From an uncultured Gammaproteobacteria bacterium (lineage in GTDB: Bacteria; Pseudomonadota; Gammaproteobacteria; CAWCPV01), in the NCBI GenBank assembly GCA_963797555.1, contig CAWCPV010000004.1, positions 384,001 to 448,000 on the forward strand: a DNA stretch of 64,000 bases, read 5' to 3'. The position numbers were made by a program, and so were the translations under genes. Positions 1-8,607 of this stretch are shown piece after piece (the first letter of the stretch is position 1; each line of letters starts with the position of its first letter). The notes beneath the pieces are model-generated. The model ran no database searches. It was not told the origin of the DNA and was given only the letters and a program-made list of their open reading frames with translations.

Positions 1-213
1 CTCTGCCTCCTCCGCTGGAATACCCAGCATCCTCGCCAGCAGGCTGGCATCGAACCAATGGAGCACGGCGGCTGCATCGAGCGCGGCTTTGAGCGCCTCG
101 CGCTCCCCCTCTGGCCGGGTCGACAGGACGAATTCGGCGGCCACGGCCGCCTGGGCACGAGTATCGCCCTGGGACGCCTCGAGGCGCTGGAGGAGCTGTT
201 CGACAATAGCCAT
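1..213 (-). CDS. 5' part of a gene running off the window; N-terminus resembles the winged-helix segment of STAND NTPase/TPR proteins
   Basis: Translated by hand from ATG at 213: MAIVEQLLQRLEASQGDTRAQAAVAAEFVLSTRPEGEREALKAALDAAAVLHWFDASLLARMLGIPAEEAE..., open to position 1. Starts 8 nt after the stop of the upstream ATPase. Not in the ORF track because it is truncated. Confidence 0.7.
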   Translation of the reverse strand, partial: MAIVEQLLQRLEASQGDTRAQAAVAAEFVLSTRPEGEREALKAALDAAAVLHWFDASLLARMLGIPAEEAE

Positions 214-221
214 TGGTCAGG

Positions 222-1394
222 TCAGCTCTGGGCAATGGCCTTGCAGGTGGCATCCACAATTGCTGGGATGCCCTTGGTCACCATCAATACGGTGGGCAGA
301 TGCGCCCCCTTCTCGCGGAAACCGGGATAACGTTGTTCGACCCAGGGCTCCCAGTCCGCGGGATCGGTGATGGGCGTCAGCGGGATATGGCGTGAAGAGT
401 CGCGCCAGACGGCGTTGGCGAAGTTCGGCACCTTTTTACCGGCGACGATCACGGCCACACCCAGCGCCGTCTCGACCTCAGCCAGGAGCTGCAGGCTGAG
501 CCAGTCAGCAACCACCTTGTTGCCTGCCGCATATTCGTAGCTGTCGAAGATCAGAAGGACGGCCCGGCGCAGCGCCCGGAGGTCCTTGCGCAGCAGGTGC
601 GTCTTGCTGGCGCCTTCGCGGCAGAACTTCGGCAGGTGCTCTCCCAGGTCGAGGTCGAATTGGCCGAGGACGTCCTCGAGCTTCAGCCCGCCGCCCTTGA
701 AGTCCACCCGCACCACCGGGATGCCCAGCTTTTTCGCGTAGGCCGTGGCATGGCGGACGAGCACGGACTTCCCGAGGCCGCTACCGCCTTCGAAGAGCAG
801 GATGCGCTCGCGCAAGGTCCCGGCGAGGAGTTCCACGATCATCGGCCACTCGCCGGTGCGATCCGCCACATCCGGCGCAAATGGCACAGGCTCGGGCCAG
901 CGGACGGTCGGCGGCTCGATGCCTTGCAGGCCGAGGCGCTCGGCGGCCCAGCGAATCAACTGATTCAACTGATCGTCGCTGGCGAAGGGCCGAAACTGGT
1001 GCCATGCGCGGAGTCTTGTCCGAACTTTGTCGGCAAGGATGTCATGAAGGAACGCGAGGCGGATGCGAGCGTTGTGGCCCTTCTCGTCCCAGAGGGCCTG
1101 CCGAAACAGATCGGCTTCCGTAGCCGCACCCAGGCCTGCGGCCGGCGGCCCGGTCTTATCGTAAGCGGCGAACCACCCTTCCGATGCGACGATGACCACG
1201 CACGCGGATTCATTGGCGCAGTCCTCGCACCATTTTGGTCAGCCCTCGTCTGGGCCGCCGGGGTGCTCGTCGAGATAGAACTGATCCAGTGTGACCGGGA
1301 GTTGCGCCTGACGCAGGAGCTGGCCCAGGCGGCGCACCGACCTGGCGTGCTCGGGGCTCTCGTGGCGGTAGCTGATGAAGACCTGGTTCACCAT
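222..1394 (-). CDS. SEFIR/TIR-domain plus STAND-like P-loop ATPase, with one in-frame TGA at 1239-1241 (possible pseudogene or base error)
   Basis: ATG at 1394 is in frame with ORF 222..1199 and reads MVNQVFISYRHESPEH...LDQF...GPDEG*PKWCED, the SEFIR/TIR box with * where W is expected. Also GLGAATE, Walker A GGSGLGKS, Walker B LLIFDSYE and a terminal GxP motif (TKGIP). Confidence 0.75.
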
Positions 1395-1410
1395 GCGACT
1401 GTCCGGGGAC

Positions 1411-1899
1411 TCAAACGGATGAGGCGCCAGTGTCCTCTAGCATCGTCAGGTCCTCCACCTGCGCCATGGCGGCGAGGGCACGGGTGTAGCCGCGCAGCCG
1501 GGGCTGGAGGGCGGCCAGCTCGGCGCGGAATTCGCGGCAGCGCTCCGGGTCCTTGAACGCATCGGCCAGCGAGAGCCGGTGCCACCTGGCCGTGAAGGGT
1601 CGGACGATCTGGTTGAGCACCGGGATGGCCAGCTTGGCGAACTCGCCGCAGCCGGAGCCGTGGCGCCGCAGGATCTCGCGGGTCAGGGGGAAGATCGCAT
1701 GCACGCTGTCGAGCGCGGTCTTTTCGTCGCCGTCTTCCGGGGCAAGATACTGTGTGGTAATGCGGGTGAGCAGCTCGACGTACAGCTCCCACGCCGCGGC
1801 GCGGTCCGGATCGTGCGGCGAGAATTCGCCCTCGAGGAAGCCCAGGTTGATCTTGAGGCTGGAAAGGCCCCATTTCTCCAGGAAGTCGCGGCGCTTCAC
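1411..1899 (-). CDS. conserved hypothetical alpha-helical protein (162 aa), first gene of the SEFIR-ATPase operon
   Basis: Strong RBS (AGGAGAGG) before the GTG start; natural-looking sequence (AAWELYVELLTRITTQ, LNQIVRPFTARWH); ends 16 nt before the SEFIR ATG. Confidence 0.75.
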   Translation of the reverse strand: MKRRDFLEKWGLSSLKINLGFLEGEFSPHDPDRAAAWELYVELLTRITTQYLAPEDGDEKTALDSVHAIFPLTREILRRHGSGCGEFAKLAIPVLNQIVRPFTARWHRLSLADAFKDPERCREFRAELAALQPRLRGYTRALAAMAQVEDLTMLEDTGASSV

Positions 1900-2449
1900 G
1901 GCTCTGGATACCTCTCCTTGGAACGGGCCACTCGGTCTTATCCGCCGGCCGTTCCCGCCTTTGACGGTCGTATTTGTGTGCGTGAACGGCTCCGAGCGAG
2001 TAGCTTATACTCGCAGTCCGCCCAGTCACAAGCACTCCATCCCGTAGGGAGGACGCGGCTCTCCGTAAATGCTGGGCGCGCCGGCTCTGAGGTCTATAGG
2101 ACAGCACGCCCGCACGTCAAAACCCCAGCTATTCGAATCGACCAGGCCCAAGTCGGAAGGGTGAATCGGCGGACTGGCGGGTTGAGTTGAAGCCGCCGGT
2201 AAGGTCGTGCTGGCCTGGGCGAGGCTGAAGTCATGGCTACGGCGAGCCAAGGTCATGGCAGTGAGCGCATCCGAGGGTGCGCGGCCGCGGGCCGAAGTGC
2301 TGTCCGGCGAAGCACACGGTCTCCCTTGGGGCTCGAACACGCGGCCCTTGTCTCCGCTCGTGGTTATTCTCCAGAAGGGCGTCGTTGAAGGTTTCAAGCC
2401 TGCCTCGGATCTTTACGATAAGGACATGAAAGTGAAATAGAACTGTCAT

Positions 2450-2667
2450 TTGTGCACAAATTCTGTAGATAACTCAGTGGAAAACGCCTGCATAAGGGTC
2501 CCGGGACGGCGCGGCTACGGGGCCTCCCGGACCTTGCTGGGTCCGTCGCCGATGCGACAGACTTTAATCTATTTACAGTAGGTTACATGAACTCTTGAAG
2601 AAACGAGCTGCGTGTCAGGCGCGGCCGAAACAGGCCCTGCCGACGGCGCCGACAACGCTGTGGAAAA
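2450..2667. promoter_or_regulatory. cluster of DnaA-box-like 9-mers
   Basis: TGTGCACAA 2451, TGTAGATAA 2464, AGTGGAAAA 2476, CCTGCATAA 2487 (about 12-bp spacing) and a perfect TGTGGAAAA at 2659, against consensus TGTGNAWAA. AT-rich stretch at 2561-2605. Confidence 0.5.
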
Positions 2668-2909
2668 ATTCACTGACGGCGCGCCGTGCACGAGCGCCAG
2701 GCGCGGACCCCAGGTGCGGCGCGGCGAGCGGACGCGTCGGCGAGTGCGCTCCGCCCCGGCTCGGCGGACTCGATGCCGCAGGGGGGGATGTTCCTCCTTG
2801 GGTTCCAGCGTCATCAAACCGGTTTGCGCCGGAGGACGCCGAGCTGTAATGATGGTTTCAGGCGTCGGCTGGGCGCCCGATCGGGTGACGGACAAAAGGA
2901 GGTAGCGCC

Positions 2910-3434
2910 ATGGTTCCGTGTCTGTTGATTCGTCGCGTCCTGGGCGCCGTACTGAGCACGCTGCTGCTGGTGGGGGCCGCTCGTCACGCGCAGTGCGCGG
3001 AGGACGTCATCGGCGTCAAGGTGATGTCGCTGGAGCTTGCGCGAGACATCGCTCGGGGAGCGGTGGAGGCGTGTCGTAAGGAGGGCTATCAGGTCTCGGT
3101 CGTAGTGGTGGACCGCAGTGCGGTGCCCCAGGTGATCATGCGCGACGTGTATGCGTCCCGTTTCACCATCGATATCGCCCAGCGGAAGGCCAACGCGGTG
3201 GTGCTGGCCGGGGTCAGCACCCAAGAGTTGGGAGCCAACCGCCCAGACGTCGCGGCGTTGCTCAATCACGTGGACGGTCTCCTGGTGCTGCAAGGTGGGC
3301 TGCCTATTCGCGCTGCCGGGTCCCTGTTGGGAGCGGTGGGGGTGAGCGGATCGCCCGGCGGCGACATCGACGAGCGTTGCGCTCAACGGGGGCTGGATGG
3401 CGTGGCGGAGCGCCTGGAATTCATCCAGTTCTAG
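2910..3434 (+). CDS. GlcG/HbpS-family (DUF336) heme-binding protein with signal peptide
   Basis: VSVVVVDRS, IAQRKA, GGLPI...GAVGVSGSPGGDIDERCA motifs; hydrophobic N-terminus; RBS AGGAGG. Confidence 0.88.
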   Translation: MVPCLLIRRVLGAVLSTLLLVGAARHAQCAEDVIGVKVMSLELARDIARGAVEACRKEGYQVSVVVVDRSAVPQVIMRDVYASRFTIDIAQRKANAVVLAGVSTQELGANRPDVAALLNHVDGLLVLQGGLPIRAAGSLLGAVGVSGSPGGDIDERCAQRGLDGVAERLEFIQF

Positions 3435-3494
3435 ACCCCCCTGGGATCCCAGCCAAACTCCAAGCGCCGGGCAGGAAGCCGTGGTCGGCTGGCA

Positions 3495-3962
3495 CTATCT
3501 CGGCGGTATGCCGCCGCCCCTCGAGCAGGAGATGTCTGGCGGGGCCTCCAGCGGTGCCCTATTCGCCCTATCGCGTATCCAATTGATGGCATGCAGCACC
3601 GCCCCCCGGCTGACGAGCCATCGTTCCAGGCGGTACTTGCCCGGGAAGTCGGTGAGCATGACGCCGATGAAGATGGTGAGTAGCCCCTGGCCCGGCAGAA
3701 GGAGCATCGCGATGCCCGCCAACGTCAGCAGCACCCCGAGGACGTTCTTGAGCAGCACGAGCAGGTCGTGGAAGACGGAGCGGCCGTTGCTCGCGTAGTC
3801 GCGCTCCGGACGCGGGCGGGTGAAGTAGTCTGACGGCATTCGGGTCACCAGGATCGGGACCAAGGCCAGCGTTCCCAGGAAGGCGAGCACCGATAGGGCC
3901 CCGAGACCCAAGGCCAGGACCCTGTTGTCCGCTATCCACGCCAGGATGGTGTCGAAGCCCAT
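3495..3962 (-). CDS. PGPGW-family transmembrane protein
   Basis: MPSDYF, KNVLG...GIAMLLLPGQGLLTIFIGVMLTDFPGKYRLERWL; start taken at MGFDT. Confidence 0.8.
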   Translation of the reverse strand: MGFDTILAWIADNRVLALGLGALSVLAFLGTLALVPILVTRMPSDYFTRPRPERDYASNGRSVFHDLLVLLKNVLGVLLTLAGIAMLLLPGQGLLTIFIGVMLTDFPGKYRLERWLVSRGAVLHAINWIRDRANRAPLEAPPDISCSRGGGIPPR

Positions 3963-4289
3963 TGCTATCCCGCCTGCATGCTGCCCATGTCCTTGGTGAA
4001 CGCCGGTGCCGATGGATGCTCTAGTACGCGCGGGGCAATTAGTCGGTCCTGCGCACGCCGTAGCGTCAGCCGGGGTCATTGATGGTACAGTCTCTCCCGG
4101 CAGCGTGTCACGCCCAGGCAGCCCGACCGCCAGGGCAAATTTGTTATCCTTCCACGCGGTGGCGGGCCGGCAGGTGTTGTCAGTCATGCGCGGGGTACTC
4201 GAACATCAGGGGGGGGTGTTGCGGCGCAGTTGGCACGTCTTCTGGGCCACGCTCTGGTTGTGCTCGAGGAAGGATTTGATGAGGCGATG

Positions 4290-4610
4290 CAGCGCCTGGA
4301 GATTCACCACACGCCCAAGGCTGGACGTGGCCGAAATTGAGTTGAGTGTTCTTCCACTCAGCAGTGCCTCAACCGCCGTATACCCGATATTGAACACTTA
4401 CCTTGCCAGGCCAAAGCCTGGGCCGACGAACGCCGCAACGCCGCAACGCCGCAACGCCGCAACGCCGCAACGCCGCAACGCCGCAACGCCGCAACGCCGC
4501 AACGCCGCAACGCCGCTCAGGTCGGCGTCGACTGGTAGTTCACCAACGACGATGCTCTCAACAAAGTCAAGCGATTATAGCCTAAAATTGAGATGAAATA
4601 AGATGCTAGC
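4290..4610 (+). pseudogene. IS630-family transposase C-terminal relic
   Basis: Across frames reads RLEIHHTPK..LDVAEIELSV..QQCLNRRIPDIEHL..AKAWADERRNAAQVGVDW*FTNDDA..KVKRL*PKIEMK, with frameshifts and stops; ends at CTAG. Confidence 0.75.
4429..4516 (+). repeat. perfect tandem repeat (AACGCCGC)x11
   Basis: Counted directly: 88 bp, 11 units. Confidence 0.97.
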
Positions 4611-4666
4611 AGCCGGTCGGACTTTGCGCCTGTACAATAGTGGCCGCTGCCCCGATGAGTCTTGAG

Positions 4667-4787
4667 ATGAGCCGCTTCCGCCCGATTGACCGTGACAGGG
4701 ACTTTCTGTTGCCGCCGGTGCAGGACGGGCTGCCCGAGGCCCATGTGGCGCGCTACGTGGTGGAGGTGGTCGAAGGGCTGGACCTTG
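4667..4787 (+). pseudogene. IS1182-family transposase N-terminal fragment
   Basis: MSRFRPIDRDRDFLLPP.VQDGLPEAHVARYVVEVVEGLDL matches the IS1182 N-terminus (FLLPPSxxxWLPxxHLARxV); breaks off after about 40 aa. Confidence 0.7.
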
Positions 4788-4789
4788 GC

Positions 4790-5188
4790 GAATCGGCCAT
4801 CTCGCTGGTCGATCTCATCGCCCTGCTGGGGGAGACCCACCGCATCATTCGCACGAGGTCGGTCGTCCGGAATGGGATCGCGATCTGGTTGCCGGGCCTC
4901 GGCAGCGTTCTTTCGTTCAACCGGGGGTCGCAGCGGGAGTTGCTCGGCAAGACCTTCTTCGACCTCCCCGTTTTCCTGGCGTCGAACGTCATGGCTGCCA
5001 TGGGGAGCCTGCTCAGCGTCCTGTTCGCAGGGCTGGGGATGGAGCAGGAGGCGAGCCGCGCAGAGCTGGCCGTTCGCAAGGCCGGCTACGGCCTCTGGCG
5101 CAAGGTGATCCGGCACGTTACGCCGGTCGGCGCGTTGCTGAGCCCGCGGCACGCGATGGGCGCACGGACCGAGGTCGTGGGCGCGTGA
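4790..5188 (+). pseudogene. 3' remnant of a sodium-dependent (NSS/SNF) transporter
   Basis: SAISL..., IWLPGLGSVLSFN, GKTFFDL..FLASNVM..MGSLLSVLFAG, LWRKVIRHVTPV; such a transporter normally precedes ratA. Confidence 0.7.
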
Positions 5189-5622
5189 CGACGGTCACGC
5201 GCAGCGTTCTCGTGCCCTATTCGGCCGCCGAGATGTACGCTCTGGTCAACGACGTGGGTTCCTATCCCCAGTTCCTACCATGGTGCCGGAGCGCCCGTAT
5301 TGTCACCGGGGACGAGGACATGGTGAAGGCCCGCATCGACCTGGCGCTGGGCGGGGTCCACAAGACATTCACGACCTGCAACCGGCTCCAGAAGAATAAG
5401 ATGATCGAAGTGCACCTCTTGGAGGGTCCGTTCCGTCACCTGGAGGGTTACTGGAGCTTCGACGCGTTGGCCGAGAACTCATGCAAGGTGGCACTGGACA
5501 TGGAGTTCGAGTTCTCCAACTGGCTTCTGCACCGGGCCCTAGGGCACGTCTTCGGGCAGATCGTCAACACGCTGGTGGACGCGTTTCGGCGTCGGGCGGA
5601 GCAAGTGCATGGAAGGCGTTGA
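5185..5622 (+). CDS. ratA: RatA/PasT START-domain protein
   Basis: VPYSAAEMYALVNDVGSYPQFLPWC, EGPFRHLEGYW; synteny with rnfH-bamE. Confidence 0.93.
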   Translation: MTTVTRSVLVPYSAAEMYALVNDVGSYPQFLPWCRSARIVTGDEDMVKARIDLALGGVHKTFTTCNRLQKNKMIEVHLLEGPFRHLEGYWSFDALAENSCKVALDMEFEFSNWLLHRALGHVFGQIVNTLVDAFRRRAEQVHGRR

Positions 5623-5911
5623 TGGCTTCGAGGTGGAGGTCGCCTATGCCCGCCCGGACGTACAGGTGATCATCCCGCTGCGAGTGCCACCGGGCTGCTC
5701 CGTCGAGGAAGCCATTCGGCGTTCGAGCGTGCTGGAGAAGTTTCCCGAGGTGGATCTGGGTGCGCAGCGGGTCGGGATCTTCGGCAGGCTGGTGGAACTG
5801 CAGCACCGCCTGCGTGCCGGTGACCGGGTCGAGATCTATCGGCCGCTTGTCGCCGACCCCAAGGAAGCGCGCAAGAAGCGTGCGCGGCAGAGGGGGACCC
5901 AGAACGCCTAG
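5609..5911 (+). CDS. rnfH: RnfH/RatB ubiquitin-like protein
   Basis: VEVAYA, VGIFG, GDRVEIYRPLVADPKEAR. Confidence 0.92.
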   Translation: MEGVDGFEVEVAYARPDVQVIIPLRVPPGCSVEEAIRRSSVLEKFPEVDLGAQRVGIFGRLVELQHRLRAGDRVEIYRPLVADPKEARKKRARQRGTQNA

Positions 5912-6255
5912 TGCGCCTTTAGGGCAGCTTCCGGCCGGATGTCGCCGGCGACCTTGGCCAAGTGGTCGTTCTTGAAGGACACCTTAATCATTCGTTCCTC
6001 CCGTCTCCCGCCCCCGATTTGCAGCGTGTACACGTAAACCCATTCCTGTGGGTGGAAGGGATCGGTGAGTAGGGGTGTGCCAAGAATGGCCATGACCTCG
6101 CGCTTCTCCATGCCCGGCCGCAGCTTATTTAGCATGTCTTGAGTGACGATGTTCCCCTGTTGAACGTCGATCTTGTAGACCCACGGGGATAGCATGCTGC
6201 AAGCGCTCAGCACCAGGACCGCAAGCGCTGGCAGGGTCACGAGTAGCTTCTGCAT
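5908..6255 (-). CDS. bamE: outer membrane protein assembly lipoprotein BamE
   Basis: Lipobox LSAC; YKIDVQQGN, LRPGM, LGTPLLTDPFH. Confidence 0.94.
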   Translation of the reverse strand: MQKLLVTLPALAVLVLSACSMLSPWVYKIDVQQGNIVTQDMLNKLRPGMEKREVMAILGTPLLTDPFHPQEWVYVYTLQIGGGRREERMIKVSFKNDHLAKVAGDIRPEAALKAH

Positions 6256-6452
6256 CTCTTATTCGGCCTGTTGTAGACTTGTCGAGTAGCTGACAGCCGG
6301 GTCGCTCCGGCTCCGAACGGCCTGCTCACGGATGCTCATAGTCCGGAACGTGGCCAGGGGCGGATCTCCTTTGGAGGTCGACAAGCGTGCACGGCGGATC
6401 ATACCCGGAAAGCCGCTGCGACGCATACCGCAGTTGCCAAGAGGTGGAAGGA

Positions 6453-6869
6453 GTGGAAAGCCAGGAACTGAAGAAGGCCGGCCTCAAGGCGACGCTTCCC
6501 CGCATCCGCATATTGGAAATGCTGGAGACTAGCGAGCAACGCCATTGGAGCGCCGAGCAGGTCTACAAGACACTACTGGAGAGCGGCGAGGACGTGGGTT
6601 TGGCGACGGTTTACCGCGTGCTGACGCAATTCGAGGGCGCCGGCCTGGTCACACGCCATAACTTCGACGCGGGTCACTCGGTGTTCGAGCTCAGTCAGGG
6701 GCCGCATCACGACCACATCCTGTGCGTGAAGTGCGGCAAGATCGCCGAGTTCGTGGATGACACCATCGAGAGTAGACAGCGGCAGATTGCGCAAGAGGCC
6801 GGATGGAGTATGACGGATCACGCGCTTGTGCTGTACGGCGTGTGTCCGGAGTGCGGGGCGGTCCGCTAG
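6453..6869 (+). CDS. fur: ferric uptake regulator
   Basis: LKKAGLKATLPR, GLATVYRVLTQF, HHDHILC; GTG start after RBS GAAGGA. Confidence 0.95.
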   Translation: MESQELKKAGLKATLPRIRILEMLETSEQRHWSAEQVYKTLLESGEDVGLATVYRVLTQFEGAGLVTRHNFDAGHSVFELSQGPHHDHILCVKCGKIAEFVDDTIESRQRQIAQEAGWSMTDHALVLYGVCPECGAVR

Positions 6870-6905
6870 GCTCAGATGTCGTGACGAAATCGTCGAGCAG
6901 CAGAT

Positions 6906-8606
6906 CTATCCGAGAAACTCTCGGGTACCACGGGTGTGGGCATGTTGGGCGCGATCCAGTAGATCCCGCGCGTGCGCCAGCGTGCGGGGGGTGACTTCTG
7001 CGCCCCCGGCCATGCGGGCAAGCTCCTGTACCCGCTCTTCCGCCGAAAGGTGGCGGGCGTCGGCGCGGGCGGCTTGCCCGCGGGCATCCTTGGTGACCTG
7101 AATGTGCTGGTGGGCGAGCGCGGCTACTTGGGGCAGATGGGTGATGCACAGCACCTGACGGCTCTGGGCTACGGCGAGCAGATGTTGACCGACCGTCTCC
7201 GCCACTCGGCCCCCAATCCCGACGTCCACCTCGTCGAAAACCAGCGTGGGTATGAGACCGCTGCGGGCCGTAGCCACGTGGATCGCCAGGCTGATGCGGG
7301 CCAGCTCCCCGCCGGAGGCGACCTTGCCCAGCGGCATCAAGGGATGTCCGGGGTTGGCGCTGACGTGGAAATCGACACCTTCGGTGCCGCCAGGGGAAGG
7401 CCGGTCCAGGGGCTCTAGAGTGACTGCAAACCGCCCGCCTGGCATGCCCAGGCGCTGCATGTCCTGGCTCACCTGTCGCTCCAAAGTTCGTGCCGCATGC
7501 TCACGCATGCCGCTCAACTCGGCGGCCAACTCGCGGTAACGGCGGGCGCCGTCGGCCACCGTCTCGGCGAGCGCCTGAAGACTCGCCTGCGCGCCTTCGA
7601 CGGCCGTCCACTCCTCGGCCAGCTGACGGGTGAGGTCCGGCAATGTCTCGGGGTCCACGCGGTGTTTGCGCGCCAGCTCCTGGATATGGGCGATGCGCTG
7701 TTGCACCTGATCCAGCCGTTCTGGGTCCGGCTCCAAGCGTCCCAGATAACGGCGTAGCTCATTGCTCGCTTCCTGTACGTGCACCGCGCCTTCGGCGAGG
7801 AGTTGACAGGCGTCGGTGAGTGCCGAATCCAGATCGCCGAGCTGTTGCAGCTCGGACAGTGCCCGGTTCATGACGTTCACCGCGGCGTGGTCTGGGTGGT
7901 CGTAGAGTGCTTCCAGCACCGCCTGCGTGCCCTGCGTGAGGCGGTAAACGTTGGCCAGCCGGCAATGCTCCTCCTGTAATGAATTCAGCTCGCCGGGCGC
8001 TACGCTCGATGCCTCCAACTCCGCGACCTGATGGCGCAGCAAGTCCGCGCGCGCCTCGCGTTCGCCACGATGGCGCGTCTCCTCCTCGAGGCGACGCTGG
8101 GCCTCGGTCCACGCATGGAACGCGTCCGCGACGCGCGCCGGGAGAGGAGCATGCCCGCCGTAATCGTCCAGCAGTTGGCGCTGCACGTCGCGGCGCAGCA
8201 ATGACTGGTGCTCGTGCTGGCCGTGGACGTCGACCAGCATCTGACCCAGCTCCCGCAGGGTTTGCAAGGAGACAGGCGCGTCGTTGATGTAGGCCCGTGT
8301 CCGACTGTCATTGCTCACGGTGCGGCGGATCAGGCACTCGTGCCCAGCCTCCAGACCGCGTTCCCCGAGCCAGTGCCGTATGGCCTCGAGGGCATGAATG
8401 TCGAAGCTCACCGCGATTTCCGATTGCCGGCCGCCGGGCCGCACCATCTGAGCATCGGCTCGGTCGCCGAGAGCGAGCGCCAGCGCCCCGACCACGATGG
8501 ACTTCCCGGCCCCAGTTTCCCCCGTGAATACCGTCATCCCGGGATCCATGGACAGATCGATCTGCGCCACGATGGCGAAGTCCCGGATGTGGATGTGCGT
8601 GAGCAT
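6906..8606 (-). CDS. recN: DNA repair protein RecN
   Basis: MLTHIHIRDFAIV, TGETGAGKS, ASGGELAR, FDEVDVGIGG, CITHLPQVA. Confidence 0.96.
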   Translation of the reverse strand: MLTHIHIRDFAIVAQIDLSMDPGMTVFTGETGAGKSIVVGALALALGDRADAQMVRPGGRQSEIAVSFDIHALEAIRHWLGERGLEAGHECLIRRTVSNDSRTRAYINDAPVSLQTLRELGQMLVDVHGQHEHQSLLRRDVQRQLLDDYGGHAPLPARVADAFHAWTEAQRRLEEETRHRGEREARADLLRHQVAELEASSVAPGELNSLQEEHCRLANVYRLTQGTQAVLEALYDHPDHAAVNVMNRALSELQQLGDLDSALTDACQLLAEGAVHVQEASNELRRYLGRLEPDPERLDQVQQRIAHIQELARKHRVDPETLPDLTRQLAEEWTAVEGAQASLQALAETVADGARRYRELAAELSGMREHAARTLERQVSQDMQRLGMPGGRFAVTLEPLDRPSPGGTEGVDFHVSANPGHPLMPLGKVASGGELARISLAIHVATARSGLIPTLVFDEVDVGIGGRVAETVGQHLLAVAQSRQVLCITHLPQVAALAHQHIQVTKDARGQAARADARHLSAEERVQELARMAGGAEVTPRTLAHARDLLDRAQHAHTRGTREFLG

Positions 8607-8607
8607 C

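Noticed and set aside
1239-1241. TGA recoded genome-wide as Trp, or as selenocysteine
   Set aside because: Many core genes end in TGA (dnaK, dapB, greA); the position expects Trp rather than Cys, and no SECIS is evident.
2030-2440. tmRNA or another structured RNA, expected near ratA
   Set aside because: No tRNA-like ends or tag reading frame found on either strand, and the ORFs here lack recognisable motifs. Left unassigned.
2450-2667. Chromosomal oriC
   Set aside because: No dnaA, dnaN, gidA or parAB nearby; mostly imperfect boxes and no clear unwinding repeats.
4429-4516. CRISPR array or an NAATPQRR repeat protein (ORF 4006..4596)
   Set aside because: No spacers and no cas genes; it is a simple 8-bp tandem repeat in an IS relic, and the ORF is incidental.
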